From: Candidatus Nealsonbacteria bacterium
GTDB taxonomy: Bacteria; Patescibacteriota; Minisyncoccia; Minisyncoccales; PWPS01
DNA length: 64,000 bases
NCBI GenBank assembly: GCA_003551845.1
Contig: PUNQ01000032.1
Location: forward strand, 23,414 to 87,413
Reading direction: 5' to 3'
This document shows positions 29,411 through 38,647 of the stretch, in pieces. Under the pieces are notes generated by a model, which searched no databases, was not told where the DNA came from, and saw nothing but the letters and a program-made list of their open reading frames with translations. Each line of letters starts with the position of its first letter. Within the stretch, counting starts at the first letter, position 1. Both the position numbers and the translations under genes were made by a program.

Positions 29411-29497
29411 CTTTGAGTCTATTATGGTATAATAATTAAGAAAAATCATTAAATTATTACGACACAATAATAAAGGTCGCAAAAAAATTACAAAACT

Positions 29498-30274
29498 ATG
29501 AACAACAAAATATTAATAGGAGTCTTGATAATTATTTTGGTTCTTCTCGGAATTTATTTCTTGGCGGAAATTGAAGATGAAGAATTTACGGCGGAAGATG
29601 CACAAAGAATCGCTGAAGAGTGGATTGTTGAAAATGCTGCCACTTATACCGAAAGGGGAGGACGGGATTTGGAATATGGAGATGCGGAAGAAGTAGAGGA
29701 AGGAGTTTATGACGTTTATTTTTCTTTCATGTCCGCCTTCGCCGGGTTCGGCGAGGTTGATGAGGAAGAAGCTTACGCTCAAGTAGAAACTCCTCACGAT
29801 ATCAGGGTTCGAGTCGATTCCGGCGAAGTTACAGAAGCGGTAACCGATGAAATTTTCGATGAAATTTCCGGAGAAATGATTGAAGAAGACGATGAAGATT
29901 TAACTTCGGCTACGGTCGGTCTTTTCTTCGTCGAAGTTGTCGATGATTTGGAGCAAGTTACAGCAGTGGAAAGAGATATTGAACTGATTAACGGAGTTGA
30001 AGAATCCGCGCTGGTTTCTCTTTTGGTAGGAGTTACGGACGAAGAAGAGGGGGCCGGCTATAGTAGCGCAATTCCGGAAGGAACGGAGCTTCTCTCTCTT
30101 GATATCGATGAAGGTTTGGCAACTGCGGATTTCAGTTCGGAAATTGATCCCGGTGGAGGATCGGCTTGGATTATGACCATTCAAGAGCAGGTTGAAAGAA
30201 CACTTCTTCAATTCGAAGAAGTGGAAGAAGTTTTAATTTTGGTGGAAGGTCAAGAAGATCGCCTCCAACCGTAA
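29498..30274 (+). CDS. GerMN domain-containing exported protein (acidic)
   Basis: N-terminal TM; C-terminal SAIPEGTELLSL..ATADFS..GGS..QVERTLLQFEEV..LVEG. Confidence 0.8.
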   Translation: MNNKILIGVLIIILVLLGIYFLAEIEDEEFTAEDAQRIAEEWIVENAATYTERGGRDLEYGDAEEVEEGVYDVYFSFMSAFAGFGEVDEEEAYAQVETPHDIRVRVDSGEVTEAVTDEIFDEISGEMIEEDDEDLTSATVGLFFVEVVDDLEQVTAVERDIELINGVEESALVSLLVGVTDEEEGAGYSSAIPEGTELLSLDIDEGLATADFSSEIDPGGGSAWIMTIQEQVERTLLQFEEVEEVLILVEGQEDRLQP

Positions 30275-30391
30275 TTATAGCTAATATACGACTCGGAAAA
30301 GAAGGCGAGCCACTTTAATAGTGGCTTGTCTTTGTTTTTCAATATGATAGAATTTCATAATATTCGGAAAAAAAATTTTTTAATAAACACT

Positions 30392-31150
30392 ATGAAAAAC
30401 ACAAAAAAATACTTGTATTTTACGGGAATTTTTTTAATGATTTCTTTAATTTTACTTACTCTTTCGGTTACCATGAATCAGTTGAGCAGGAGGAGTCATG
30501 CGGGACTGGAAAACACTCGATCAATCCAGGTTTCTGCCGAAGATGTAATTTATGAAGTTCCGGACGAGGCGGAAATCGTTTTCACCGTAGTTACCCGGGA
30601 AGAAAGCTATACTGAGGCTACTCGGGAAAACAGTTCTCGGATGGAATCGGTTATTCAACACTTGAAGGAAGAAGGACTGAAAGAAGAAGATTTGAAAACC
30701 GAAAACTTCAGCGTATCTCCGAGATATGAAGAAGTGGAAGAAGGTAGGAGAGTTACTCGGGAAGTGGTCGGATACGAGGTAGAGAATAATTTAAGAGTTA
30801 CCGTTAGAGAGTTGAGTTTGATCGACGGCATCATCGGGGGCGCGATTGATGCCGGAGCCAACAAAGTTTACGGACTTCAATTTTTGGTCAGTAATGAAGA
30901 AGAATTAAAAAAAGAAGTTAGAAGTTCGGCGATAGCCAAAGCCAAAAGTGAGGCCGAAGAGGTGGCCCGAGATTTGGGAGTCGGCTTGGGAAGGGTCTTA
31001 AGCTTTTCCGAATCACAAAGATTTTACCCCCAAAGGGATATTTCTCGAGAGATGGGAATGGAGGTGGCGGAAGAAGCACCGGAAGTTCCCATTGAACCCG
31101 GAGAAACCGAAATAGTAAGTTCGGTAACCGTTACTTTCGAAATTAGATAA
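30392..31150 (+). CDS. SIMPL domain (DUF541) protein
   Basis: VPDEAEI, KTENFSVSPRY, AIDAGAN, PIEPGE..VTVTF; start ATG 30392. Confidence 0.9.
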   Translation: MKNTKKYLYFTGIFLMISLILLTLSVTMNQLSRRSHAGLENTRSIQVSAEDVIYEVPDEAEIVFTVVTREESYTEATRENSSRMESVIQHLKEEGLKEEDLKTENFSVSPRYEEVEEGRRVTREVVGYEVENNLRVTVRELSLIDGIIGGAIDAGANKVYGLQFLVSNEEELKKEVRSSAIAKAKSEAEEVARDLGVGLGRVLSFSESQRFYPQRDISREMGMEVAEEAPEVPIEPGETEIVSSVTVTFEIR

Positions 31151-32112
31151 TGATTTTAAAAAAAATAAAAGAAGCTTCTCTGATCGGACGTAGTGGAAGC
31201 AGATTTCCGGTTCATGACAAATGGGAATCGTTTTTAAAAAACGGAGGTAGGGGTTATCTGATTTGTAATGCCGCTGAAGGAGAGCCGGGTGCTTTTAAGG
31301 ATAAATTTTTATTGAAGAATGAAATTGATAGAGTTTTTGAGGGGATCGATGTTGTAAATAATTTCTTTCAAATCGAAGATACCTTTTTTTACGTTAAAAA
31401 AAAGTATTACAAACTGTTTAAAGCGGAACTACTTGAGAGATCCAAAAAGAGAGGGGTTAAAATCAAGCTGAAGGAGGATCGATATGTAGCGGGGGAAGAG
31501 ACGGCGGCGATAAGCTCAATTGAAGGAAAGAGAGCGGACCCGAAGGGGAAGCCGCCTTATCCGACCGGGATCGGCTTATGGGGTAAGCCGACCATAGTGC
31601 ATAATCTGGAGACTTTTTATGCTATTTCCGAGATTGCGAAGGATAATTATAACGGAGAAAGATTTTTTTGCATAACGGGAGATGTTTCGAGAGAGGGAGT
31701 TTTTAAACTCAAAGAAGAATTGAGCATAAAAGAGGTTCTTCAAAAGACCGGTAATTATCCCGATTTTGAATTTTTAGTTCAAGCCGGAGGTGGGGCGGGG
31801 GGAATTTTCATCTCGGAAATGAATATCGATCAACCTTGCAACGGGTTGGCGGTTATCGAGGTTTATAAAAAAAATGACTTTGATAAAAATAAAAAGATGA
31901 TTGAGATTTCCAATTTCTTGATGTATGGAAATTGTGACAAGTGTACTCCTTGCAGAGAGGGAATTTATAGAATTAACGAAATGCTAAAAAAAGGATTCGA
32001 CGAAAAAATATTTAACGAATTGCTTTCGGTATTGGAGAAAAGCTCTTATTGTCCTTTGGGAAAAAACGCTTCAAAAGTTTTTAAATCATTGATATCGGTT
32101 GATGAAAATTAA
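31150..32112 (+). CDS. NuoF/HydB-like FMN/NADH-binding diaphorase subunit (compact)
   Basis: LIGRSGSRFP..KW, CNAAEGEPGAFKD, YVAGEETA, KPPYP..GLWGKPT..NLET, CDKCTPCREG...CPLG. Confidence 0.88.
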   Translation: MILKKIKEASLIGRSGSRFPVHDKWESFLKNGGRGYLICNAAEGEPGAFKDKFLLKNEIDRVFEGIDVVNNFFQIEDTFFYVKKKYYKLFKAELLERSKKRGVKIKLKEDRYVAGEETAAISSIEGKRADPKGKPPYPTGIGLWGKPTIVHNLETFYAISEIAKDNYNGERFFCITGDVSREGVFKLKEELSIKEVLQKTGNYPDFEFLVQAGGGAGGIFISEMNIDQPCNGLAVIEVYKKNDFDKNKKMIEISNFLMYGNCDKCTPCREGIYRINEMLKKGFDEKIFNELLSVLEKSSYCPLGKNASKVFKSLISVDEN

Positions 32113-33814
32113 ATTAGACGGAAAAACAATTGAGGTCGTCGGAAAAAAGACCATTCTGGAAATCGCCAAAGAGCACGGAGTGGATATTCCTTTTTTATGC
32201 AATCATCCGGATATTTGCGTTACCGGAAGTTGTAGAATTTGTGTAGTGAGAATCAACAATGAAAACCGGTGCAGGTCGGCTTGCGATACGGTAGCGGTGG
32301 AGGGAATGGATATAATCACCTCGGATCCCGAAATCGAAAAAATAAGAAAAACAAATTTGGAACTTCTTTTTTCACAGCACAGAGAGGAATGCGAGGATTG
32401 TGTATGGAATCCGGGATGTAAACTTCTGGAGTTGGCTGAAAAGTATGAAGTCAAAATAAATAAGTACGTGGACAGAAAGGATCACTACCCCGAAATCGGA
32501 TTCGGTGGGATTGTGGAATTCGATTCCTCAAAGTGTATCGATTGCAGAAATTGTATCGAAATTTGTAAAAAACAAAATGTTTCTTTTTTGGAAATGGAAG
32601 GAAAAGGACATCTTTTCGAGGTTGTTCCGGCAAAAGATAGAGCTTGCGTTTATTGTGGCCAATGCATAATTCATTGTCCGGCGGGCTCGTTTGAGAGTGT
32701 CGGTGAATTCGAAGGTGTAGAAGACGCCTTCAAAGGTAGCGGTGATGAAAATATCGTTTTTCAAATAGCTCCCGCTGCCAGAGTGAGTATAAGTGAAGAA
32801 TTCGGACTTGATCCGGGAACCGTTTCAACAGGAAAATTAATCAGCGGATTAAAAAAAGTGGGCGCAGACAAAGTTTTTGATGTATCTTTCGGAGCTGATT
32901 TTACCACCATTGAGGAAGCTAAAGAATTCTTGGAAAAATTCAAAGATGATGATCTGCCACTTTTTACTTCTTGTTGTCCTTCTTGGGTCAGGTTCGTCGA
33001 GTTTTATTATCCACGCTTCGTAGATAATTTGACCACGGTCAGATCTCCTCACATTATTTCGGGAGCAATAATTAAAAGTTTGGCCTCGGATCCCGAAAAA
33101 ACCACGGTTGTTTCCGTCATGCCCTGTGTTTCCAAAAAATATGAAATAAGGCGCGAAGAACTTAAAGTCAACGGGTTGAATCCGGTTGATTACGTTTTAA
33201 CCGTCCGGGAGGTGGGAAGGCTTTTCAGAAATAAAGATATCGATTTTGAAAAATTACCGGATTCTTCTTTTGATGATCCTTTCGGATCGGCTTCCGGTGA
33301 TGCCGTAAGTTACGGAGTTGCGGGAGGGGTGATGGAAGCCGCTTTAAGGCAGGCTTTTTTCATGAAGACCGGAAAAAAAATAAAGGAAAAAAACCTTAAG
33401 GAGCGATCCGATTTCTCTTTTGAATTGGAAGGAAAAGAAATTAAAACTAAAAAAATAAGTGGACTTTCTCAAGCGGTGAAAGTTCTGGAAGGTCTGAAAA
33501 AATATCCGAAACTTTTTGATTATTTGGAATTCATGTCTTGTCCCGGTGGGTGTATCGGTGGTGGTGGTCAACCGATGCCGACAAATGAAGACATAAGAAA
33601 AAAGAGAAGAAAAGGACTGATCAGCACCGGCACAGATAAAAAATGGAAATCAGCTTTTGAAAACGATTCCGTGAGTGAGATTTATAAACAACTCAAATCC
33701 AAAAAAGATATTTTTCACACCTCTTTTCGAGCTGAAAGGAACCCGGAAAATATCAATAAGAAATGGCCGATAAAGAACCGGCTGAAAAGTAAAACCGATG
33801 GTCTGAAAATTTAA
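32102..33814 (+). CDS. hydA: [FeFe]-hydrogenase catalytic subunit (group A; 2Fe-2S, His-ligated 4Fe-4S, 2x4Fe-4S, H-cluster)
   Basis: H-cluster motifs FTSCCPSW, MPCVSKKYE, EFMSCPGGCIGGGGQP; HREECEDC..C; CIDCRNC..C and CVYCGQC..CP. Confidence 0.93.
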   Translation: MKIKLDGKTIEVVGKKTILEIAKEHGVDIPFLCNHPDICVTGSCRICVVRINNENRCRSACDTVAVEGMDIITSDPEIEKIRKTNLELLFSQHREECEDCVWNPGCKLLELAEKYEVKINKYVDRKDHYPEIGFGGIVEFDSSKCIDCRNCIEICKKQNVSFLEMEGKGHLFEVVPAKDRACVYCGQCIIHCPAGSFESVGEFEGVEDAFKGSGDENIVFQIAPAARVSISEEFGLDPGTVSTGKLISGLKKVGADKVFDVSFGADFTTIEEAKEFLEKFKDDDLPLFTSCCPSWVRFVEFYYPRFVDNLTTVRSPHIISGAIIKSLASDPEKTTVVSVMPCVSKKYEIRREELKVNGLNPVDYVLTVREVGRLFRNKDIDFEKLPDSSFDDPFGSASGDAVSYGVAGGVMEAALRQAFFMKTGKKIKEKNLKERSDFSFELEGKEIKTKKISGLSQAVKVLEGLKKYPKLFDYLEFMSCPGGCIGGGGQPMPTNEDIRKKRRKGLISTGTDKKWKSAFENDSVSEIYKQLKSKKDIFHTSFRAERNPENINKKWPIKNRLKSKTDGLKI

Positions 33815-33843
33815 AATTCAGCGTCTAATAAAGCGGTTGGTTT

Positions 33844-33867
33844 GGGAGGGCGCTCCTCCCTTTTTTT
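33844..33867 (+). terminator. terminator of hydrogenase operon
   Basis: GGGAGG-GCGCT-CCTCCC-TTTTTTT. Confidence 0.85.
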
Positions 33868-33896
33868 ATTAGTTTTATTTTTGCTATAATCAAGCA

Positions 33897-34223
33897 ATGG
33901 TAATGCGATTCAAAGAAATAATTAAAGAAATAGGGGAGGCCGGAAAAAGAACGGAAACGGTTAAGATTTATTATTCGGAAACCGAAACGAAAAAAGAGGG
34001 ATGGAGAGAAGTAGAGCCTTACAGTTTGTCAACGGATATCCCTCCCGACGGTGAATTTTTGGTGTACGGAAAAGATCACATAAGACCGGGGCACATCTTG
34101 AATGCTTATAATGTGGGCTCCGGCGACAAAACGGCCCACTCTTTCATTCTGGGAAAGATAAGAAAAGCTAAGAGAACGGGAAAAAGTTTTGAAGGAAGGG
34201 AAAAGTGGCCGGTTAAATTTTGA
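33897..34223 (+). CDS. stand-alone WYL-domain-like protein
   Basis: VKIYY..WREVEPYSL..LNAY..HSFILGKI matches the WYL pattern (Y..R.VEPY..L.AY..R.F...RI); no HTH. Confidence 0.65.
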   Translation: MVMRFKEIIKEIGEAGKRTETVKIYYSETETKKEGWREVEPYSLSTDIPPDGEFLVYGKDHIRPGHILNAYNVGSGDKTAHSFILGKIRKAKRTGKSFEGREKWPVKF

Positions 34224-34227
34224 AAAT

Positions 34228-34914
34228 ATGGATTATGATACAAAAAAACCGGAGGAGGTTGAAGAATTAACTGAAAAAGAAGATAAGAGCTTATTTACCA
34301 AAGTCGGAAAGGCCGTCGTTGCTTTGGTTTTGGCGCTGACTTTAATTTATTTTTCCGGTTTGAGAGAATACTTCTTTTTTGATAGAACCTCTCCGGATTT
34401 GGAGGTCGCCGAGATTGAATCGGCTTTTGAATTGGAAGTCGTGGAGATACCGATTAATGTTCTGATAATACGTGAGCCGGTCTCCGGATCTCAGAGAGAT
34501 TCGGAAGAAGTTGAGATTTTGATCCAAAATACTTCCAATTTGTTAAATCAAGCGGATTTGGAATTAAAAAAAACGAATTTTTATGAGGAGGAGCTCGAAA
34601 GGGAAGAAGTTTCGGAGATCTTAAGTGGCAATTTCCTTTTTTTGGAAAAATTAAGCAATAGGGAAATAAATTTAATTTTAGTGAGGACTTTGAGGGGCCT
34701 CAACGGAGTTGCATACCCGAGCAGAAACACTATCATAATTCCTGACTATACGGCGGGTAGAGATTACAGAACTTTTGCACATGAAGTCGGGCACATTCTG
34801 GGTCTCGGACATGTCGATGATCCGAGATACGTAATGAGTCAGGGAGAGAGAGGAGTTTTGTTTTCGGAAGAAGAAATCATAAAGATGAGACAAATTGCGG
34901 ATGAAAAATTTTAA
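34228..34914 (+). CDS. membrane-anchored zinc metallopeptidase (metzincin-like)
   Basis: HEVGHILGLGH (HExxHxxGxxH) plus Met-turn YVMS; one TM. Confidence 0.85.
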   Translation: MDYDTKKPEEVEELTEKEDKSLFTKVGKAVVALVLALTLIYFSGLREYFFFDRTSPDLEVAEIESAFELEVVEIPINVLIIREPVSGSQRDSEEVEILIQNTSNLLNQADLELKKTNFYEEELEREEVSEILSGNFLFLEKLSNREINLILVRTLRGLNGVAYPSRNTIIIPDYTAGRDYRTFAHEVGHILGLGHVDDPRYVMSQGERGVLFSEEEIIKMRQIADEKF

Positions 34915-37900
34915 AAATAGCTATTCCAGACTCAATGAAGAGCAAAAAAGGGCCGTTGACAAGATTGACGGACCTTTAATGGTGGTTGCCGGGCCGGGTT
35001 CGGGGAAAACGGAGCTTTTGGCCGTCAGAGCGGCCAATATAATGAAAAAGAAGGATATTCCGGCCGGGAGCCTGCTTTGCTTAACTTTTACTGATGCAGC
35101 CGCTCTGAACATGAAGGAGAGATTAGCGGATATGATAGGGGACGAAGGCTATAGAGTTCAGGTTTTTACTTTTCACGGTTTTTGTAAAGAGATTATCAAC
35201 AACAACCCGGAATATTTTTATAAGGGAGCTGATTTTGATTTGGCTGATGAAATTGTCAAAACTGAAATTTTGGAAGAAATTTTAGCGGACCTGGATTATG
35301 ACGATCCTTTGAGTGGTCGACATCCTTCTTTGGGGTATGTTTATTTAAAACCTTTGAAAAGAATTATTCCCGAACTTAAGAAAGAAGGAATTACTCCCGT
35401 AGAGATGGAGAGAGCTCTTGAAGCCAATGAAAAAATCATAAAGAAAATAAATCCGCTTATTAGTGATGTCTTCAGTCAAAGAGTGTCCGACTCAATCAGG
35501 ATGGATATAAAAAAGCTGATAGATCAGTTAAAGGATATTGATGCTGATTTTCCGCTGGATCGATATGACCCGTTGAGCAAAGTGATCATCAAATCTTTGG
35601 AAAGAGCGCTTGATGGAGAAAAAACAAAGAAGATAACGGCATGGAAAAATAATTGGACCAAAAAGAAAAACGAAAAGAGAATTTTGAAGGATAATTATTA
35701 TCTGGATAAGCATAAGAGCTTGGCTCGGGTATATGCGAAGTATGAAAAAAAGAAATATGAAAGAGGACTTTATGATTTTTCCGATATGGTTTTGGATGTC
35801 ATAAAGGTTTTGGAGAAAAACGAAAGCCTACGTTACGATCTTCAGGAGAAATATCTATACATAATGGTGGATGAATTCCAAGACACAAGTGGAGTTCAAA
35901 TGAGGCTTATTAAAAATTTAACCGTAGACGAGCCACACGGAAAGCCGAATATTTGTGTGGTAGGCGATGACGACCAAGCCATTTACAGGTTTCAAGGAGC
36001 TGAAATTTCGAACATATTGAATTTCAAAACATCATATGAAGATGTTGAGGTGATTACTTTGAAGAAAAATTACAGGTCGGGACAAAGAATTTTGGATTCG
36101 GCTAAAAAAGTTATCACCCGGGGAGAAGAAAGACTTGAGGCGATATTGGAAGAAGTGGACAAAGATTTGATATCGATGAAAAGCGATGAAGAAGAAACGA
36201 TAGAAGCGAAAAGCTTTAAAACCAAGGAGGAGGAATATTCTCATGTTGCCCGAAAGGTAAAGTCGTTGATTGAAAAGGGAACAGATCCCCGGGAGATAGC
36301 GGTTATGGGCAGAAAGCATAAGATATTGAAAGAGATAGCTCCTTATTTTGCCGATCTTTCGATTCCGGTTTATGCGGAAAGAAAAGTAAACGTATTGGAA
36401 AATGAAGTGGTTCGACAGGTGGTTCGGATAATTCGTTTTGCGGATTATCTTTTAACCGGCGACAAAGATAAGGCGGATGAACTTTTACCTGAAATTTTAA
36501 GTTATCCTTTTTGGGGTTTGGAAAGGAAAAAGGTTTGGAAATTGGCTCGACGATCATATAAAAAAAGAAATTCTTGGTTTGAAGAGATGAAAGGTGACGA
36601 AGATCTTGAGAGGATTCAACTTTTTTTATCCGATTTAGCCCAAAAATCAAAATATAAAACTGCTCGGGAGATGATTGATTTGGTTGTAGGGAATAAAAGT
36701 GGATCTATTCGCAGCCCCCTAAAAAAATATTATTTCGGGGAAGAAAAATTGAAAAAAAATACAGCTGAATATTTTAAATTTTTATCCGCATTGAAAAGAT
36801 TTACCAACGCTCTGGAAAATTACAAAGAAGGCGAATTTTTGAAAGCGGATGATCTGTTGGATTTTTTTGACAGACATTTGGAAAACAATATACCGATAAA
36901 CGATACCAATCCTTTAATTACCGATTCGGAATCCGTTTCTTTAATGACTGCACATAGTGGAAAGGGGAGAGAGTTCGAAGCGGTTTTTATTTTGAGTTGC
37001 CAGCAAGAAATTTGGGCACGGGGAGGTAGAGGTAGAAGATTACCTTTTCCGTCCAACATACCACTTAAAATTTCGGAAACCGAAGATGATCACTTACGAC
37101 TTTTTTATGTAGCTTTGACCAGGGCAAAAAGCTTTCTTTCGATTACTTCTCATCGAAAAAAGCAGAACGGTAGAGGATATTCGTCCCTCGAATTTATCAG
37201 CCATTTCGATTCGGAGGATTCTTCCGCTGAAATAGGGTATGAAGAGATGGAATCTTCAAGAAAAGATTATTATTCTCCACCATTCGAGGTTACCGAAAGG
37301 CAGGTATTGATGCCGCTTGTTTCCGATTACATGCTCAGTCCGACCGGATTGAATAAATATCTTAATGTTGCCGATGAAGGACCGGAAGCTTTTTTGAAAG
37401 ATACCTTACTCAGATTTCCGGCTAAAAAGCATCCGGGTGCAGCCAACGGGACGGCGGTCCACCAAACGATAAGTTGGATCTACAATGAAGTTAAGTCAAA
37501 AGAAAAACCACCCGAAACAGGGGAAGTTTTAGAAATTTTTGAGAAATTTTTGAGAAAGCAGAGGCTGTCTGAAGATAATTTTGAAAAATATCTTAAAAAA
37601 AGCAAAAAAGCTTTGGAAAACTTTTATGAAGAAAGAAAGGAAAGCTTCGATTCGGATCATTTGATTGAAAAGGGGTTTAAAAATCAAGGAGTGGTAATTT
37701 CAGGTCAAAAAATCACCGGAAAGATAGATAAAATAGAGATGGACGGGTCGATTTTGGAGGTGACCGATTTTAAGACGGGTAGCCCGATTGAAAGCTGGAA
37801 TCCCTCCGGCACATATAGTAAAATAAAAGCATGGAAATATAAAAATCAATTGATATTTTATAAGCTACTTATAGAAAACTCCGCTGATTTTAAAGGAGCT

Positions 37901-38122
37901 GAAGTAAAAAAGGGATGGCTGGAATTTATTGAACCCACCGATGACGATAAACGGATAAGATTATCTCTTGAGATAAAAAAAGAAGACGTAGAGAGGCTGA
38001 AGCAATTGATAGAGATCGTCGGAAACAGAATAAAGAATCTTAATTTTTCGATTGATGACGACTATGAAAAAAAATCGGTGAAAGAAATTGAAAAGTTTGA
38101 AAAAAAATTATTAAAAACGTAA
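34901..38122 (+). CDS. UvrD/PcrA-family helicase fused to C-terminal PD-(D/E)XK nuclease (AddA/AdnB-like)
   Basis: AGPGSGKT, VDEFQDT, VGDDDQAIYRFQGA, KGREF, RLFYVALTRAK; C-terminal ITGKIDKI..VTDFKTG..QL..Y. Confidence 0.92.
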   Translation: MKNFKNSYSRLNEEQKRAVDKIDGPLMVVAGPGSGKTELLAVRAANIMKKKDIPAGSLLCLTFTDAAALNMKERLADMIGDEGYRVQVFTFHGFCKEIINNNPEYFYKGADFDLADEIVKTEILEEILADLDYDDPLSGRHPSLGYVYLKPLKRIIPELKKEGITPVEMERALEANEKIIKKINPLISDVFSQRVSDSIRMDIKKLIDQLKDIDADFPLDRYDPLSKVIIKSLERALDGEKTKKITAWKNNWTKKKNEKRILKDNYYLDKHKSLARVYAKYEKKKYERGLYDFSDMVLDVIKVLEKNESLRYDLQEKYLYIMVDEFQDTSGVQMRLIKNLTVDEPHGKPNICVVGDDDQAIYRFQGAEISNILNFKTSYEDVEVITLKKNYRSGQRILDSAKKVITRGEERLEAILEEVDKDLISMKSDEEETIEAKSFKTKEEEYSHVARKVKSLIEKGTDPREIAVMGRKHKILKEIAPYFADLSIPVYAERKVNVLENEVVRQVVRIIRFADYLLTGDKDKADELLPEILSYPFWGLERKKVWKLARRSYKKRNSWFEEMKGDEDLERIQLFLSDLAQKSKYKTAREMIDLVVGNKSGSIRSPLKKYYFGEEKLKKNTAEYFKFLSALKRFTNALENYKEGEFLKADDLLDFFDRHLENNIPINDTNPLITDSESVSLMTAHSGKGREFEAVFILSCQQEIWARGGRGRRLPFPSNIPLKISETEDDHLRLFYVALTRAKSFLSITSHRKKQNGRGYSSLEFISHFDSEDSSAEIGYEEMESSRKDYYSPPFEVTERQVLMPLVSDYMLSPTGLNKYLNVADEGPEAFLKDTLLRFPAKKHPGAANGTAVHQTISWIYNEVKSKEKPPETGEVLEIFEKFLRKQRLSEDNFEKYLKKSKKALENFYEERKESFDSDHLIEKGFKNQGVVISGQKITGKIDKIEMDGSILEVTDFKTGSPIESWNPSGTYSKIKAWKYKNQLIFYKLLIENSADFKGAEVKKGWLEFIEPTDDDKRIRLSLEIKKEDVERLKQLIEIVGNRIKNLNFSIDDDYEKKSVKEIEKFEKKLLKT

Positions 38123-38126
38123 AAAT

Positions 38127-38597
38127 ATGAAAATAAAACCCAACTATTTCATAATTCCGCTCATTACCGTCTCAGTGGCAATTTTCGGAAATTATTTTAC
38201 TTCTCAAGGAATAAACGGATGGTATGATGAACTTGCAAAGCCGGAATGGACCCCTTCCGGATCTTTCATAGGAGCGATGTGGACTTTTCTTTACGCATTG
38301 GTTACCGCTACGGTTATATTTTTTTGGAATAAATTTAAAAAAACCGATCGGTTCCGCCTCATAATCGGTCTTTTCATAGCCAATGCCGTCTTGAATGCAA
38401 CCTGGTCGATGCTTTTTTTCGGCTTTAATTTGGTCGGAGTTTCTTTAGCGCATATCATGATTCTCAATTTAACAATCATCGCTTTGATTTTTTTATTGTG
38501 GCCGATTTCAAAAAAGCTCTCAATAGCTTTAATCCCTTATACCGGTTGGGTTTCGGTTGCCACTCTTTTGAATTACTTTATTTTGATTATGAATTAA
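38127..38597 (+). CDS. tspO: TspO/MBR family tryptophan-rich sensory protein
   Basis: WYDELAKPEWTPS, WTFLY, LNATWSMLFFG, LIPYTGWVS. Confidence 0.92.
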   Translation: MKIKPNYFIIPLITVSVAIFGNYFTSQGINGWYDELAKPEWTPSGSFIGAMWTFLYALVTATVIFFWNKFKKTDRFRLIIGLFIANAVLNATWSMLFFGFNLVGVSLAHIMILNLTIIALIFLLWPISKKLSIALIPYTGWVSVATLLNYFILIMN

Positions 38598-38630
38598 CCC
38601 GTTTTTACACCTACGAGGTGTAAAAACGGG
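38598..38630. repeat. REP-like palindromic element, copy 2
   Basis: Perfect 15-bp stem CCCGTTTTTACACCT-ACG-AGGTGTAAAAACGGG; 29 bp identical to 6364-6392. Confidence 0.85.
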
Positions 38631-38647
38631 GATCATTTTATTTTATT

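Noticed and set aside
31150..33814. Respiratory complex I (nuoF/nuoG)
   Set aside because: The second gene has H-cluster motifs rather than a NuoG molybdopterin-like domain, and no other nuo genes are in the window
27040..38122. Gabija system (OLD + UvrD)
   Set aside because: The helicase is 6.6 kb away, on the opposite strand, and is a long AddA-like fusion rather than GajB
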